From NCBI GenBank assembly GCA_963662315.1, contig OY759353.1:1-64000 (forward strand): 64,000 nt of DNA. The letters run 5' to 3'. The stretch is from Geopsychrobacteraceae bacterium (lineage in GTDB: Bacteria; Desulfobacterota; Desulfuromonadia; Desulfuromonadales; Geopsychrobacteraceae). Below are positions 22,468 to 31,616 of the stretch, one piece after another. Below the pieces are notes generated by a model. It saw only the letters and a list, made by a program, of their open reading frames with translations. It was not told the origin of the DNA and ran no database searches. How positions within the stretch are numbered: the first letter of the stretch is position 1; each line of letters opens with the position of its first letter. The position numbers were made by a program, and so were the translations under genes.

Positions 22468-22839
22468 TCAGGCGCTTTTTTTGAAGCCCTCTTGAAGCAC
22501 CTGCGGCAGCCGCTGTATAGCATCGGTAGTCAAGGCGACTTTATTGTTGTCCGTATCGATCAGGCAAAGTTCATCACGGGTATGTAGCATGGCAGCTGTA
22601 AAGCGATCATCAAAACCGGGGATCAATTTAGTTGCTCCGTAAGTGGATGCGACCAGAGCTATTTGAGCAGGTTTGATAAATTTGGCAGTAAACGTATCGT
22701 TACAGGTCAGCTCTGTGACACTGAAGGATGTCAGCTTTTCAATATGGGGTTTAAGCTCTGGACACAGTTTGTCGATGGCTTTTTCTGCCATACCATTGTC
22801 AACTGCCTGAGCAGCCATTTTTTTCAGTTTGCCTAACAT
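22468..22839 (-). CDS. Hypothetical protein (123 aa)
   Basis: ATG with AAGGAG RBS, co-oriented within T6SS cluster; no recognised motif. Confidence 0.8.
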   Translation of the reverse strand: MLGKLKKMAAQAVDNGMAEKAIDKLCPELKPHIEKLTSFSVTELTCNDTFTAKFIKPAQIALVASTYGATKLIPGFDDRFTAAMLHTRDELCLIDTDNNKVALTTDAIQRLPQVLQEGFKKSA

Positions 22840-22855
22840 GTAAATCTCCTTAACG

Positions 22856-22897
22856 TGTTGTTTGTTGTTTGTTGTTTGTTGTTTGTTGTTTGTTGTT
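22856..22897. repeat. Heptanucleotide tandem repeat (TGTTGTT)x6
   Basis: Six perfect copies immediately upstream of the RBS of the 123-aa gene. Confidence 0.95.
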
Positions 22898-22944
22898 TGG
22901 GAGATGTTTTCTCTCCCCTCCGAAAATGGGTATGGTGATGCCCA

Positions 22945-25011
22945 CTAGTTACCACCAATGCTGCTACCTTTAAGGTTAATAGTGTCTCCATTAATATTGA
23001 TCTGCGGACCCTTGATGGTCAGGTTGCCACTGGTATCAATCTGAAGAGTACCGCTGCCCTGAGAAATGGTGATTGGGCCGCCCCCCTGACCAAGCAGGCT
23101 GATGTTCTTGGCCGCCTTGAGGCTGAATTGACCGCTGCTGACCTTGACGGTCATGTCACTGTTGCGCACCTCAGTGGACAGATTGTTGGCGACATCAATA
23201 ACCATGTTTTTTCCTGTTGTCATACTGATGCTTTGGTTTTCCGCATCAAACTGAATATGCTGATCCGCTTTGAATTGAATATCGGTGGCGGCCTGCAGGC
23301 TGATTTCCTTGTTGCGGGTCATCAGTTGCTGGGCGTTTTCCACGCTAACGATATGGTCTTTACCGACCTGAACATTCTGACTGTCCCCCGACTCAATGAG
23401 TATGGTCTGTTTGGCATAGATCTCCATTTTCCCTTCCTCTGTGGCCAGGCGCACCTTATGGGCGTCTTTGGTGGCATCAAGAGTCAGGATGTTCTTCTGC
23501 TCGGCGGTAAACAGATCAATCTTCTCCTGATCAATCCGGTCATCCATGCACAGTTCGTTACCACTGGCCGTACGGATGATATTCTGGGTACGGTTGTCGG
23601 CGGTGACCACGCTGTCGGTGTCGGGGTTGGGCAGCACGCCCAGAATAATCGGACGATTCAGGTCTCCATTGACACAGGTCAGGGCGACTTCGGTACCAGC
23701 ATGTAGCGGAAAGTGCATACCGTATTCCTTACCTCCGTAGGGCTGCATCATGCGTACCGGATGACTGGCCTGGGCCACCGCCGCTTCACCGCGATCAAAG
23801 TCGGTACGTAAATGGTAACGCCCCTGATCATCGAGATAAGCATAATCTCCGCCTTTACTTTCAATGCGGGCGCTGAACAGGCCAAGGATCTGTGGTGTTG
23901 GTGGAATCTCAGGACGATAAGGGGTGGTGGCCCTGATCAGGGTCAGGCGGTTGCTGTAGGTTGGGCCTTGCTCTTCACCGCTGAAGGCCAGGCCGCCGGC
24001 CTGATCAGCCTGGTGTGTCATGGCTACAACCAGATATTGGCCATTGAGGCTGTTGTCCGGGTGATTGCCGATGGTCAAAAGGTAGCCGGGGCGAATGCCA
24101 CGGCAATCGGTTTCGGCAATAACCGCGGCACGCCTGACATCGAGGGACTGAATGCGGAACGCGGCGACCTGTTTACCTTCATCGAGTGTAAGAAAATGAT
24201 CGCCATAAATGGCTTCTTCTCCGTAACTGTTACTGGACTCACTGGTCCGGGTGACTTCCAGACGGGTACTGGGGGTCTGGTCGTTGTAGTCACTGACGCG
24301 GACCTGAGCCGGTAACAAATGTGCCTGGGGAGACAGCCGGTAAACACTTTCCTGCTGGCGAGCTGTGCCACTTTGTGGATGATAATCCAATAAGGGCAAT
24401 TCGGGCATCTGGGGGCGTTTGGTGCTGTCATCGGCAAATTTAACCAGAGTCTGTTTCTCATCACTTTCAAAGGTGAAAAAGATGCCGGCACGGGCCAGTA
24501 GACGACAGATGAAGTCGTAATCACTCTCCTGATACTGAACGATAAATTCGTGAGGCTCATAAACCTCTGTCAAGTCGAGCTCAAACTGTTCATTGCTGAG
24601 GCCGACGCTGGTCAGGATACTGGTGACAATTGCCGGGGTGCTCAGATTAACAAAGACCCGATTGTTAACGTTTTTGTGCAGTGGATAGAGCGGTGAACGT
24701 ACGATGGCCCGGTAGGTCATGTCGTTCTGGGTGGCCGCGATGCGATAGAAGTCACTGACGATTCCATGCAGGTACAGGGTTTGGCTGCCCCAGTTGATGC
24801 TCAGGGTGGCGTTGTTGCCAATCACTGTCAAAGGGGGCAGTTCCGCACTGCTAACCAGGCTGATGTCGAACTGGTAATCCATCGACAAACCATGCTCAAA
24901 GCCTCTGAAGCCGCTGACCGTAAAGGTGTCATTGGGGACACTTTTAATGTTCAATCCATAGTGGCTGCTGGCAGCGGAGTAGTTCAGAGCAGTGTTGCTG
25001 AAAAAAGGCAT
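22945..25011 (-). CDS. vgrG: T6SS spike protein VgrG (vgrG1)
   Basis: VQYQESDYDFICRLL, DDQGRY, GMHFPLHAGTEV, NGDLNRPIILG motifs; C-terminal beta-helix repeats. Confidence 0.95.
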   Translation of the reverse strand: MPFFSNTALNYSAASSHYGLNIKSVPNDTFTVSGFRGFEHGLSMDYQFDISLVSSAELPPLTVIGNNATLSINWGSQTLYLHGIVSDFYRIAATQNDMTYRAIVRSPLYPLHKNVNNRVFVNLSTPAIVTSILTSVGLSNEQFELDLTEVYEPHEFIVQYQESDYDFICRLLARAGIFFTFESDEKQTLVKFADDSTKRPQMPELPLLDYHPQSGTARQQESVYRLSPQAHLLPAQVRVSDYNDQTPSTRLEVTRTSESSNSYGEEAIYGDHFLTLDEGKQVAAFRIQSLDVRRAAVIAETDCRGIRPGYLLTIGNHPDNSLNGQYLVVAMTHQADQAGGLAFSGEEQGPTYSNRLTLIRATTPYRPEIPPTPQILGLFSARIESKGGDYAYLDDQGRYHLRTDFDRGEAAVAQASHPVRMMQPYGGKEYGMHFPLHAGTEVALTCVNGDLNRPIILGVLPNPDTDSVVTADNRTQNIIRTASGNELCMDDRIDQEKIDLFTAEQKNILTLDATKDAHKVRLATEEGKMEIYAKQTILIESGDSQNVQVGKDHIVSVENAQQLMTRNKEISLQAATDIQFKADQHIQFDAENQSISMTTGKNMVIDVANNLSTEVRNSDMTVKVSSGQFSLKAAKNISLLGQGGGPITISQGSGTLQIDTSGNLTIKGPQININGDTINLKGSSIGGN

Positions 25012-25023
25012 GATAGGCTCCTG

Positions 25024-27780
25024 TTAGTCAACGCTTGCTAAGGTTTCAAGCTCAGCGTCTGGTGCTTCAAGATCACAGAAGGTACAGCTCAACTCCTGCT
25101 GTTCATCAATCTCCAGGCTGATTAACTGCGGCATATCCTCCTGTGCCATGAACTTCAGTAGACTGCGTGAAATTCCAGGTAACAGTTGTTGTTCGATAAG
25201 GCTGTTGATGGTGCGGGCTCCCGATTCAGGCCGTTGACAGCGCTGCAGCAAGTGATCAACGACCTCATCAGTGCAGCGCAGGGTGATGTCATGAGCCGCA
25301 GCCAGGCGTTCGGCAACCTTGTCAAGCTTGGTCAGAATGATCTGATGCATCACGGATTGATCGAGGGGAGCCAGGGGAACAACCTGAATGCGCGCCAGCA
25401 GGGCTGCGGCAAAGTGATGCTGCAGTTCAGGGCGTACGGCGTTGACCATGTCGGTAAAGGTCGGATCAGGGCGGCTGCCTTCGGCATCGGTCTTTTCCCT
25501 GGGAAGGGTTTCGCTGTTGGTGTTGATATCGATCTCAGGATTTATTTCCTCCGGTTTGTCCTCGTTTTTGGTGTCATCAAATAGATCAAACAAGGCCTCA
25601 GAGCCCAAATTGCTGGTCATGAGAATGATTGTATTTTTAAAGTCGATCTCGCGCCCTTCGCCGTCGCGCATAAAACCGCGATCAAAAACCTGGTAAAACA
25701 GGTTGAGGACGTCCGGGTGGGCTTTTTCAACTTCGTCAAGGAGAATTACCGAGTAGGGACGTTGCCGAACGGCTTCGGTCAGAACGCCGCCTTCCCCGTA
25801 ACCAACGTAACCGGGAGGGGAGCCTTTCAGCTGAGAAACCGTATGAGCTTCCTGATATTCACTCATGTTAATGGTGACCATAAAGCGCTCACCACCAAAC
25901 AGAGTGTCAGCGATGGCTCGTGCCGTTTCGGTCTTCCCGACCCCGCTGGGACCGGTAAGCAGGAATACGCCGACTGGCCCGTCACTGGTCTGAAGCCCGC
26001 TTTTGGCGGCCCGGATGGTCTGCCCGATGGCATTAAGGGCCGGATACTGGCCGATAATTCTCTGGCTGATGCGGTCTTCGAATTCGATCAGGCTGCTCAG
26101 CTCATTTTTCACCATGCGGCCGAGGGGAACCCCGGTCCAGTCGGCCACTACCTGGGCGATGGTGTCGGCATTCACTTCAGCCTGGACCAGGGGGATCTCC
26201 TCTTGGAGTTCCTTAAGATCCTGCTGCAGTTTGATCAGCTGCTGATTGTCTCCTTTGGTGGCGCGCTGGTGCTGCAGTTGCTTGACCATAGCGACTTCGG
26301 TTTGCCAGCGTAGTTCCAGGTCGATAATCTCCTGCAGCGTAGCAACGCGTTGTTCTTCTAAGAGGTCAAGTCGCTCCTGGTCAACGGGCAACCCCTGGTC
26401 ACGTTCTTCATTGAGATATTTCTGGCGACGTTCGATAAAGCTCAGCTGTTCGCGCACGCAATCCAGGGCAGCCGGGGTGGCAGCCTGCCCCATGGCGACC
26501 CGGGCGGCAGCGGTATCGAGCAGATCGATGGCTTTGTCAGGCAGGAAGCGACCATTGATATAGCGACTGGACAGGTTAACGGCGGCAGTCACCGCTTCAT
26601 CGGTGATCAACACCTGGTGATGTTCCTGGTAGCGTTGCTTTAAGCCGTTAAGCATGACGATGGCGGTTTCAATAGCCGGTTCATCAATCTTGACCATCTG
26701 GAAGCGTCGTTCCAGGGCGGCGTCGCGCTCAAAGTATTTTTTGTATTCACTCCAGGTGGTAGCGGCCAGGGTGCGTAATTCTCCCCGCGCCAGGGCCGGT
26801 TTGAGCAGGTTGGCGGCGTCCCCCTGGCCGGCATCGCCACCGGCACCGATCAGGGTGTGGGCCTCGTCAATGAACAGAATGATCGGGGTTGGGCTGTTCC
26901 GTATCTCATCAATAACGGCTTTCAGGCGTTTTTCAAACTCACCTTTAACTCCGGCTCCGGCCTGCAGCAATCCAAGGTCGAGACACACCAGACGCACCCC
27001 GTTGAGGGCGTCGGGGACGTTCCCTTCGGCAATACGCAGGGCCAGCCCTTCAACCACCGCGGACTTGCCGACCCCGGGTTCTCCGACCAGGATCGGGTTG
27101 TTTTTGCGGCGCCTGGTGAGAATGTCGATCATCTGGCGGATTTCATCGTTGCGCCCCAGCACCGGGTCGATGTTCCCCTGGCGGGCACGGGCGGTAAAAT
27201 CATCGGTATAAGCATCAAGGTTAGGGGTGGCTCCATCGCCAGTGGAGCTGTCGCTGGTGCTCGGGCGTGATGGGGTTGGCTGGTGCCTGGCGTGGGTAGG
27301 CTGCGGTCCTTCCACTGATATCTTGTTGAGCTCCGGGTACAAGGCAATAACCTGTTCCTGGCTGATATGGGCCAATAGGCCCCAGGCGCGTCCGGGCAAC
27401 AATGGTGCCATTTCCAGCAGGGCTTCAAGCAGTATCCCACTGCGCACTGCCGTTTCCTCGCCGCGTAGAGAGGCGATGGTCCAGGCTTTTTCAAACCACT
27501 GGGCCAGCTGTAGGGAAAAGGCGGGTTTGCTCTGGTTATCGGAGCGCAGACGTTCCAGCTGCTCAAGCAGGGCGTGCCAAAAGTGGTCGAGGTTGACAGC
27601 AAAATGGCGCAGCAGACCCTCCAGATCGCCTTCCCCTTGTTCCAGCATTTTGATCAGCAAGTGCTCAATGGTCACCTCGTAGTGTCCGCGGGTACCTGCA
27701 AAGCCAGCAGCGTTTTCAAGGTTTTCAATGCAGTATGGATTCAATTTGTCAAGTAATGCTTTTAACTTTAGTGGACTCAT
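25024..27780 (-). CDS. tssH: T6SS ATPase ClpV/TssH
   Basis: Two Walker A motifs GEPGVGKS and GPSGVGKT; RRRKNNPIL; KGSPPGYVGYGEGG. Confidence 0.98.
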   Translation of the reverse strand: MSPLKLKALLDKLNPYCIENLENAAGFAGTRGHYEVTIEHLLIKMLEQGEGDLEGLLRHFAVNLDHFWHALLEQLERLRSDNQSKPAFSLQLAQWFEKAWTIASLRGEETAVRSGILLEALLEMAPLLPGRAWGLLAHISQEQVIALYPELNKISVEGPQPTHARHQPTPSRPSTSDSSTGDGATPNLDAYTDDFTARARQGNIDPVLGRNDEIRQMIDILTRRRKNNPILVGEPGVGKSAVVEGLALRIAEGNVPDALNGVRLVCLDLGLLQAGAGVKGEFEKRLKAVIDEIRNSPTPIILFIDEAHTLIGAGGDAGQGDAANLLKPALARGELRTLAATTWSEYKKYFERDAALERRFQMVKIDEPAIETAIVMLNGLKQRYQEHHQVLITDEAVTAAVNLSSRYINGRFLPDKAIDLLDTAAARVAMGQAATPAALDCVREQLSFIERRQKYLNEERDQGLPVDQERLDLLEEQRVATLQEIIDLELRWQTEVAMVKQLQHQRATKGDNQQLIKLQQDLKELQEEIPLVQAEVNADTIAQVVADWTGVPLGRMVKNELSSLIEFEDRISQRIIGQYPALNAIGQTIRAAKSGLQTSDGPVGVFLLTGPSGVGKTETARAIADTLFGGERFMVTINMSEYQEAHTVSQLKGSPPGYVGYGEGGVLTEAVRQRPYSVILLDEVEKAHPDVLNLFYQVFDRGFMRDGEGREIDFKNTIILMTSNLGSEALFDLFDDTKNEDKPEEINPEIDINTNSETLPREKTDAEGSRPDPTFTDMVNAVRPELQHHFAAALLARIQVVPLAPLDQSVMHQIILTKLDKVAERLAAAHDITLRCTDEVVDHLLQRCQRPESGARTINSLIEQQLLPGISRSLLKFMAQEDMPQLISLEIDEQQELSCTFCDLEAPDAELETLASVD

Positions 27781-27798
27781 ATTCCCCTCTCATAACGA

Positions 27799-28800
27799 TC
27801 AGGCCGCAATTTTAAAGGCGGCTGGAACGTGTGTTTCTGGTGATTGCGCTTCGGCCGCCTGGTCAGTCAGACGGATACGGTTTGCTTGTGGACCCGGCTG
27901 TCCCAGACAACTGGTCCAGCCAAGAATTGCTGATTCGGTACCCAGGCATGACTGATAGTTCGGCCCTGCAGTGACCTGAAAATTAATTTCATAGCTGATC
28001 GCCGGTTCCAGGTATTCGCGCACCAGTTTAGCCAGTTGGAACGCCAGTTGATGGCCTGGCAGCAGCTTGGTCGCGGCGCTGATCGGCAGCGGACCAATAT
28101 GAATGATGATTTTGCTCGAGACATCCATAATGCGGCTGCCGAGGATGGTGTTGTCACCCAGGTGCAGCTCATTCCCTAGGCTGTCGGGCTTGTCCAAGGT
28201 GATCCATACCGGGACATTCTCCTGGGTGGCGACCGGGTAGCCGAGGAAGTCTTCCAAGGTGGCGGACAGCCCCTGAGCGCTTTTGATGCGGCTGCCGAGC
28301 ACGCCAGCATAATCGAAGCGTCCGTGCTGTTGGGCTCCCCCTGACAGGGCATACAGATAACGACTGTAGATACTCGGCTGATCGGCGCTGGCGGAGTAAC
28401 GGTTGAACTTTTTCCAGGCCAGGTAGCAGAGGGCGTAAAGACGTTTATTGAACATTTCCAGGAAAGCGCGCAGCTCGTCCCGCCCATCGCCGTCGCGACT
28501 GGTGATATCGTTAAAGTACTGGGGCAGAGGGGAGTCGACCCCGTATAGGCCGAGCAGGTTGAGCTCAAGCCGGAAACGCCCCTGATCATCGATTGTGCAG
28601 CGGCGCAACTCCCCAGCAGGGAAGGAGATCTCAGCCGCTGGGGCCAGATTAATCAGACGCTGAAAGCTGACATCATCCCCGCCGTCGAGCCCCAGGGAGG
28701 TTTCCAACAGCGCCACTGCCGGAAACGCTTCGTAGGCGGTATTACTGGCGAGGATGTCGTCGGTCAGATGAGGAAGTTTTCCCCGAGTATAGGTTCCCAT
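27799..28800 (-). CDS. tssG: T6SS baseplate TssG
   Basis: FPAGE, LGLYGVDSPLP, FLEMFNKRL, AWKK motifs. Confidence 0.93.
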   Translation of the reverse strand: MGTYTRGKLPHLTDDILASNTAYEAFPAVALLETSLGLDGGDDVSFQRLINLAPAAEISFPAGELRRCTIDDQGRFRLELNLLGLYGVDSPLPQYFNDITSRDGDGRDELRAFLEMFNKRLYALCYLAWKKFNRYSASADQPSIYSRYLYALSGGAQQHGRFDYAGVLGSRIKSAQGLSATLEDFLGYPVATQENVPVWITLDKPDSLGNELHLGDNTILGSRIMDVSSKIIIHIGPLPISAATKLLPGHQLAFQLAKLVREYLEPAISYEINFQVTAGPNYQSCLGTESAILGWTSCLGQPGPQANRIRLTDQAAEAQSPETHVPAAFKIAA

Positions 28801-30521
28801 AAATACTCTGCCTTGGAAGGGCTCAGTTGCAAGCCGGTTTGAACAAAAGTGTTAACGGCCACATAGGTTCTGAAAAAATGATGCAGTACGGTGGTGAACA
28901 TGTATGCATCAGCCTCGCTGAGGAAGGCTCTTTCTTCCATCTCCAGGTGCATGTCGACGCCGCACAGCAAGGCCCCGCGGCTTACCTTGGAGAGAGGATG
29001 CTGACTGATGGCGGTGATCCCTTTGATACGCTTCTCCGACTGTTTCTGCTCACTCCAGTCATACAGGGACAGCAGCTGCTGCAGCTGATTAAGGCTGGTG
29101 ATACTGTTGTAGCTGACCGTCAGGTGGGTCACCAGGGCCAGGCGGAAATCGCTGCGCTCAGGGGGCAGGAGCATGCGACTTGGGCGGATCAGATTGCGGG
29201 AGACGATGGTTGGCGGAAAGTCATGGTCCGGGGCATTGATCTCACCAACCTTGAGGCTGCGGCGCGGCAGGTTGCCGTTGCACACGGTGATGTCGCAGGA
29301 CAGGACCTCCTCGCTGTCGCTGATGGCACCGCCAAGGCGCAGGTAGGTCATCGGTCCCAGTCCTTCACGCTGGCGGTAACTGGCGTGAAAGTAGCGCTGG
29401 CTGCGATCGAGGTGATTAAAGCGGTGCAGGGGCTGATACGCGTATTTCTGGCCATCGTTGCGGCGAGCACCGGTAGCTCGGTTGACCTGGTAGACGACCA
29501 CGCCGCGGGGTGAATTGTTATCGGCGATAACATGGTATTCGTTGCGGCGGTGATCGACGCGGATCGGTTCACTGGTTTCTTCAAACAGGTTGATGGCCGG
29601 GGCGCAGTGGAGCTGGAAATTGTTCTTCGACAGCCGCAGCTCGTCCTGGATCGGTTTGTTGAGGTGGATGACCAATTCAAATTCACAGCATTTGTCCGGC
29701 CAGGCCAGCAGGTCAAAGCCTGATACGGCAATAAAATGGTACTTTTCCCGAAAACAGAAATAATCCTGCAGCAGATGAAATCCGAGAAAGCCGCGACCGC
29801 TGGCAGGCAGCAGCAGATCTTCCTTCCCCAGGTGACAAGGGCGAATACAGTTCTGACTGCCAAGTCTATGCGGGCGCATCACGCGACCGGGAAATTCGAT
29901 ATCGACGTGCTTGACCTCTGCGGTGAGGATGCGAAACAGTTCCAGGGTCGACACTGCGTCGCCGTGCAGAAAGATCTTCAGTCGTGTCAGATCGAGTTGG
30001 CGCGGATCGACATCATGGTCAAACTGAAACAGCAGGCGCAGGGCCTGGCCGTCCAGATTCTCACCACTGGCGCGGACCTCAGAGAGGCGCAATGGCTGAA
30101 TTTCAGTGACGCTTGTGGTACGGAATTTACACTGCACCCGTTCACTGAAAGGGTGGTGTTCCTGCTCGGGAATTGTGACGGCGATACCGCTGGTCAGAGT
30201 CCCTTTGGGAATCGTCGTGGTCTGCTTGACCTGCCCGGCGCGTGGCGTGTACTGCATGATGGTGCAGGACGGAAAAGGGCGCAGAAAGTAGGGGCGGATA
30301 TGGGCCAGCAGGGTTTCGGAAAACTCCGGGATATCGTCATCGATACGCTGTTTGACCTCAGCAGTCAAAAAAGCCATACCTTCGAGCAGGCGCTCAACAT
30401 AAGGATCGTGGTCCTTGACATCCTGCAGATTCAGGTGGCGTGCTTTTTCCGGAAAGGCGCGGGCAAATTCCTGGGCGGTTTCGCGCAGCAGGCGCATCTC
30501 ATGATCAAAGTAGGTGGACAT
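28764..30521 (-). CDS. tssF: T6SS baseplate TssF
   Basis: DPYVERLLEGMAFLTA, LLQDYFCFREK, LHCAPAINLF; start set at MSTYFDHE. Confidence 0.95.
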   Translation of the reverse strand: MSTYFDHEMRLLRETAQEFARAFPEKARHLNLQDVKDHDPYVERLLEGMAFLTAEVKQRIDDDIPEFSETLLAHIRPYFLRPFPSCTIMQYTPRAGQVKQTTTIPKGTLTSGIAVTIPEQEHHPFSERVQCKFRTTSVTEIQPLRLSEVRASGENLDGQALRLLFQFDHDVDPRQLDLTRLKIFLHGDAVSTLELFRILTAEVKHVDIEFPGRVMRPHRLGSQNCIRPCHLGKEDLLLPASGRGFLGFHLLQDYFCFREKYHFIAVSGFDLLAWPDKCCEFELVIHLNKPIQDELRLSKNNFQLHCAPAINLFEETSEPIRVDHRRNEYHVIADNNSPRGVVVYQVNRATGARRNDGQKYAYQPLHRFNHLDRSQRYFHASYRQREGLGPMTYLRLGGAISDSEEVLSCDITVCNGNLPRRSLKVGEINAPDHDFPPTIVSRNLIRPSRMLLPPERSDFRLALVTHLTVSYNSITSLNQLQQLLSLYDWSEQKQSEKRIKGITAISQHPLSKVSRGALLCGVDMHLEMEERAFLSEADAYMFTTVLHHFFRTYVAVNTFVQTGLQLSPSKAEYLWEPILGENFLI

Positions 30522-30936
30522 GAGAGAAATACTCTTCGCTGGTTCTGATCTCGACATTGCCACTGCGGCAGCAGGAGACGATAAAACGCAGGGCCTGTCC
30601 GCTCATGGTGGTGCCGGTCAGTTCGTAGTGGATCTGCCCCTGGCCCGGTTTAATATCAAATTCGCGGATCTTGGGGCGGCGCAGCCGCGGTTCAAACTGT
30701 TCCACTGCATAGCTCATGGTGATCATCAGTGCTTCACTGCTGTAGGGCATGCCCAGGTACAGCTCGGCGATATCCGGCATACCAAAATCGGGGCGGTGGG
30801 TTAACGATTCACAGCGGCTGTTAAGGAGCCTGTGCAGGTGATTGCAGATACTGGTTTTTTCCTGCTCGATGGCGTTGTGTCCAGCTCTCGGCAGCTCGTC
30901 CGTACCGGTTAATATGTCTAAAATTGTCTGTGCCAT
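30505..30936 (-). CDS. tssE: T6SS baseplate TssE (gp25-like)
   Basis: HLHRLLNSR, PDFGMPD, FEPRL motifs; start set at MAQTIL. Confidence 0.9.
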   Translation of the reverse strand: MAQTILDILTGTDELPRAGHNAIEQEKTSICNHLHRLLNSRCESLTHRPDFGMPDIAELYLGMPYSSEALMITMSYAVEQFEPRLRRPKIREFDIKPGQGQIHYELTGTTMSGQALRFIVSCCRSGNVEIRTSEEYFSHVHLL

Positions 30937-30962
30937 AGTCAGTGTCTGTTGCGTTGCTGGTG

Positions 30963-31030
30963 AAAAGGTGCCCCGGAATTTCCGGGGCACCCAGAGTGTG
31001 CCGTGAGCGGTCCGTTAACCACACGGCACT
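30963..31030 (-). terminator. Two hairpins after hcp, the distal one terminator-like
   Basis: GGTGCCCCGGA-ATT-TCCGGGGCACC followed by TTTT on minus strand; second stem GTGCCGTG...CACGGCAC. Confidence 0.7.
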
Positions 31031-31047
31031 GCTAAGTCAGTAACGAC

Positions 31048-31533
31048 TTAGCGTCCTTCGGTCCAGGAGTCGGAGAAGGAGATGTTGCCGTCGGTGTAGG
31101 CCCAGGTAATCTTGGCGTAACGACAGGACACTTCCTCAAGGTGCGGATAACGCTCCTTGTCTAGATCCTTGACATTGTGCATGGTTGGTTTTACTGAAGT
31201 GATCTTTACGTTCTCCAGGGTATGAGAGAAGTACTCTTCTTCAGAACCGGTATCGTTGATGCGATACCATTTGAGCTCGATTTTCTTCAGGGTCTGGCCA
31301 TTGCTACACGCTTTGTAGAGATACGGAGTCGCGTTATCAAAGGCTTTCAGAAAAACGAAAGGCTCATGTTTACGGGTACCTGTCAGGCTTCCAGTATCAC
31401 TGTCAGTTGGAATCCGCAGTTCGTGATCAAAACCGAGAATTTCCAGGGTCCCTTCGCGGCCGGCGACTTTAACCGGACCTTCGATTTTGGTTCCTTGATC
31501 GTCAAGGATAGTCATATAACCAGGTATTGCCAT
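31048..31533 (-). CDS. hcp: T6SS tube protein Hcp/TssD
   Basis: MAIPGY, GREG, TGSLTGTRKH, PYLYKA, KWYRIN..G.EEEYF, Y.KITW. Confidence 0.97.
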   Translation of the reverse strand: MAIPGYMTILDDQGTKIEGPVKVAGREGTLEILGFDHELRIPTDSDTGSLTGTRKHEPFVFLKAFDNATPYLYKACSNGQTLKKIELKWYRINDTGSEEEYFSHTLENVKITSVKPTMHNVKDLDKERYPHLEEVSCRYAKITWAYTDGNISFSDSWTEGR

Positions 31534-31616
31534 GTGTTTCCCCTCCTTATTCTTGTGGGGTTAGGTGGTTAAGGTGCTGTCAGTCAGCACCGGTGTAGAC
31601 GCCCCAAGGTGCTCCA

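Noticed and set aside
22856..22897. CRISPR array
   Set aside because: Simple heptamer repeat without spacers; no cas genes in the window
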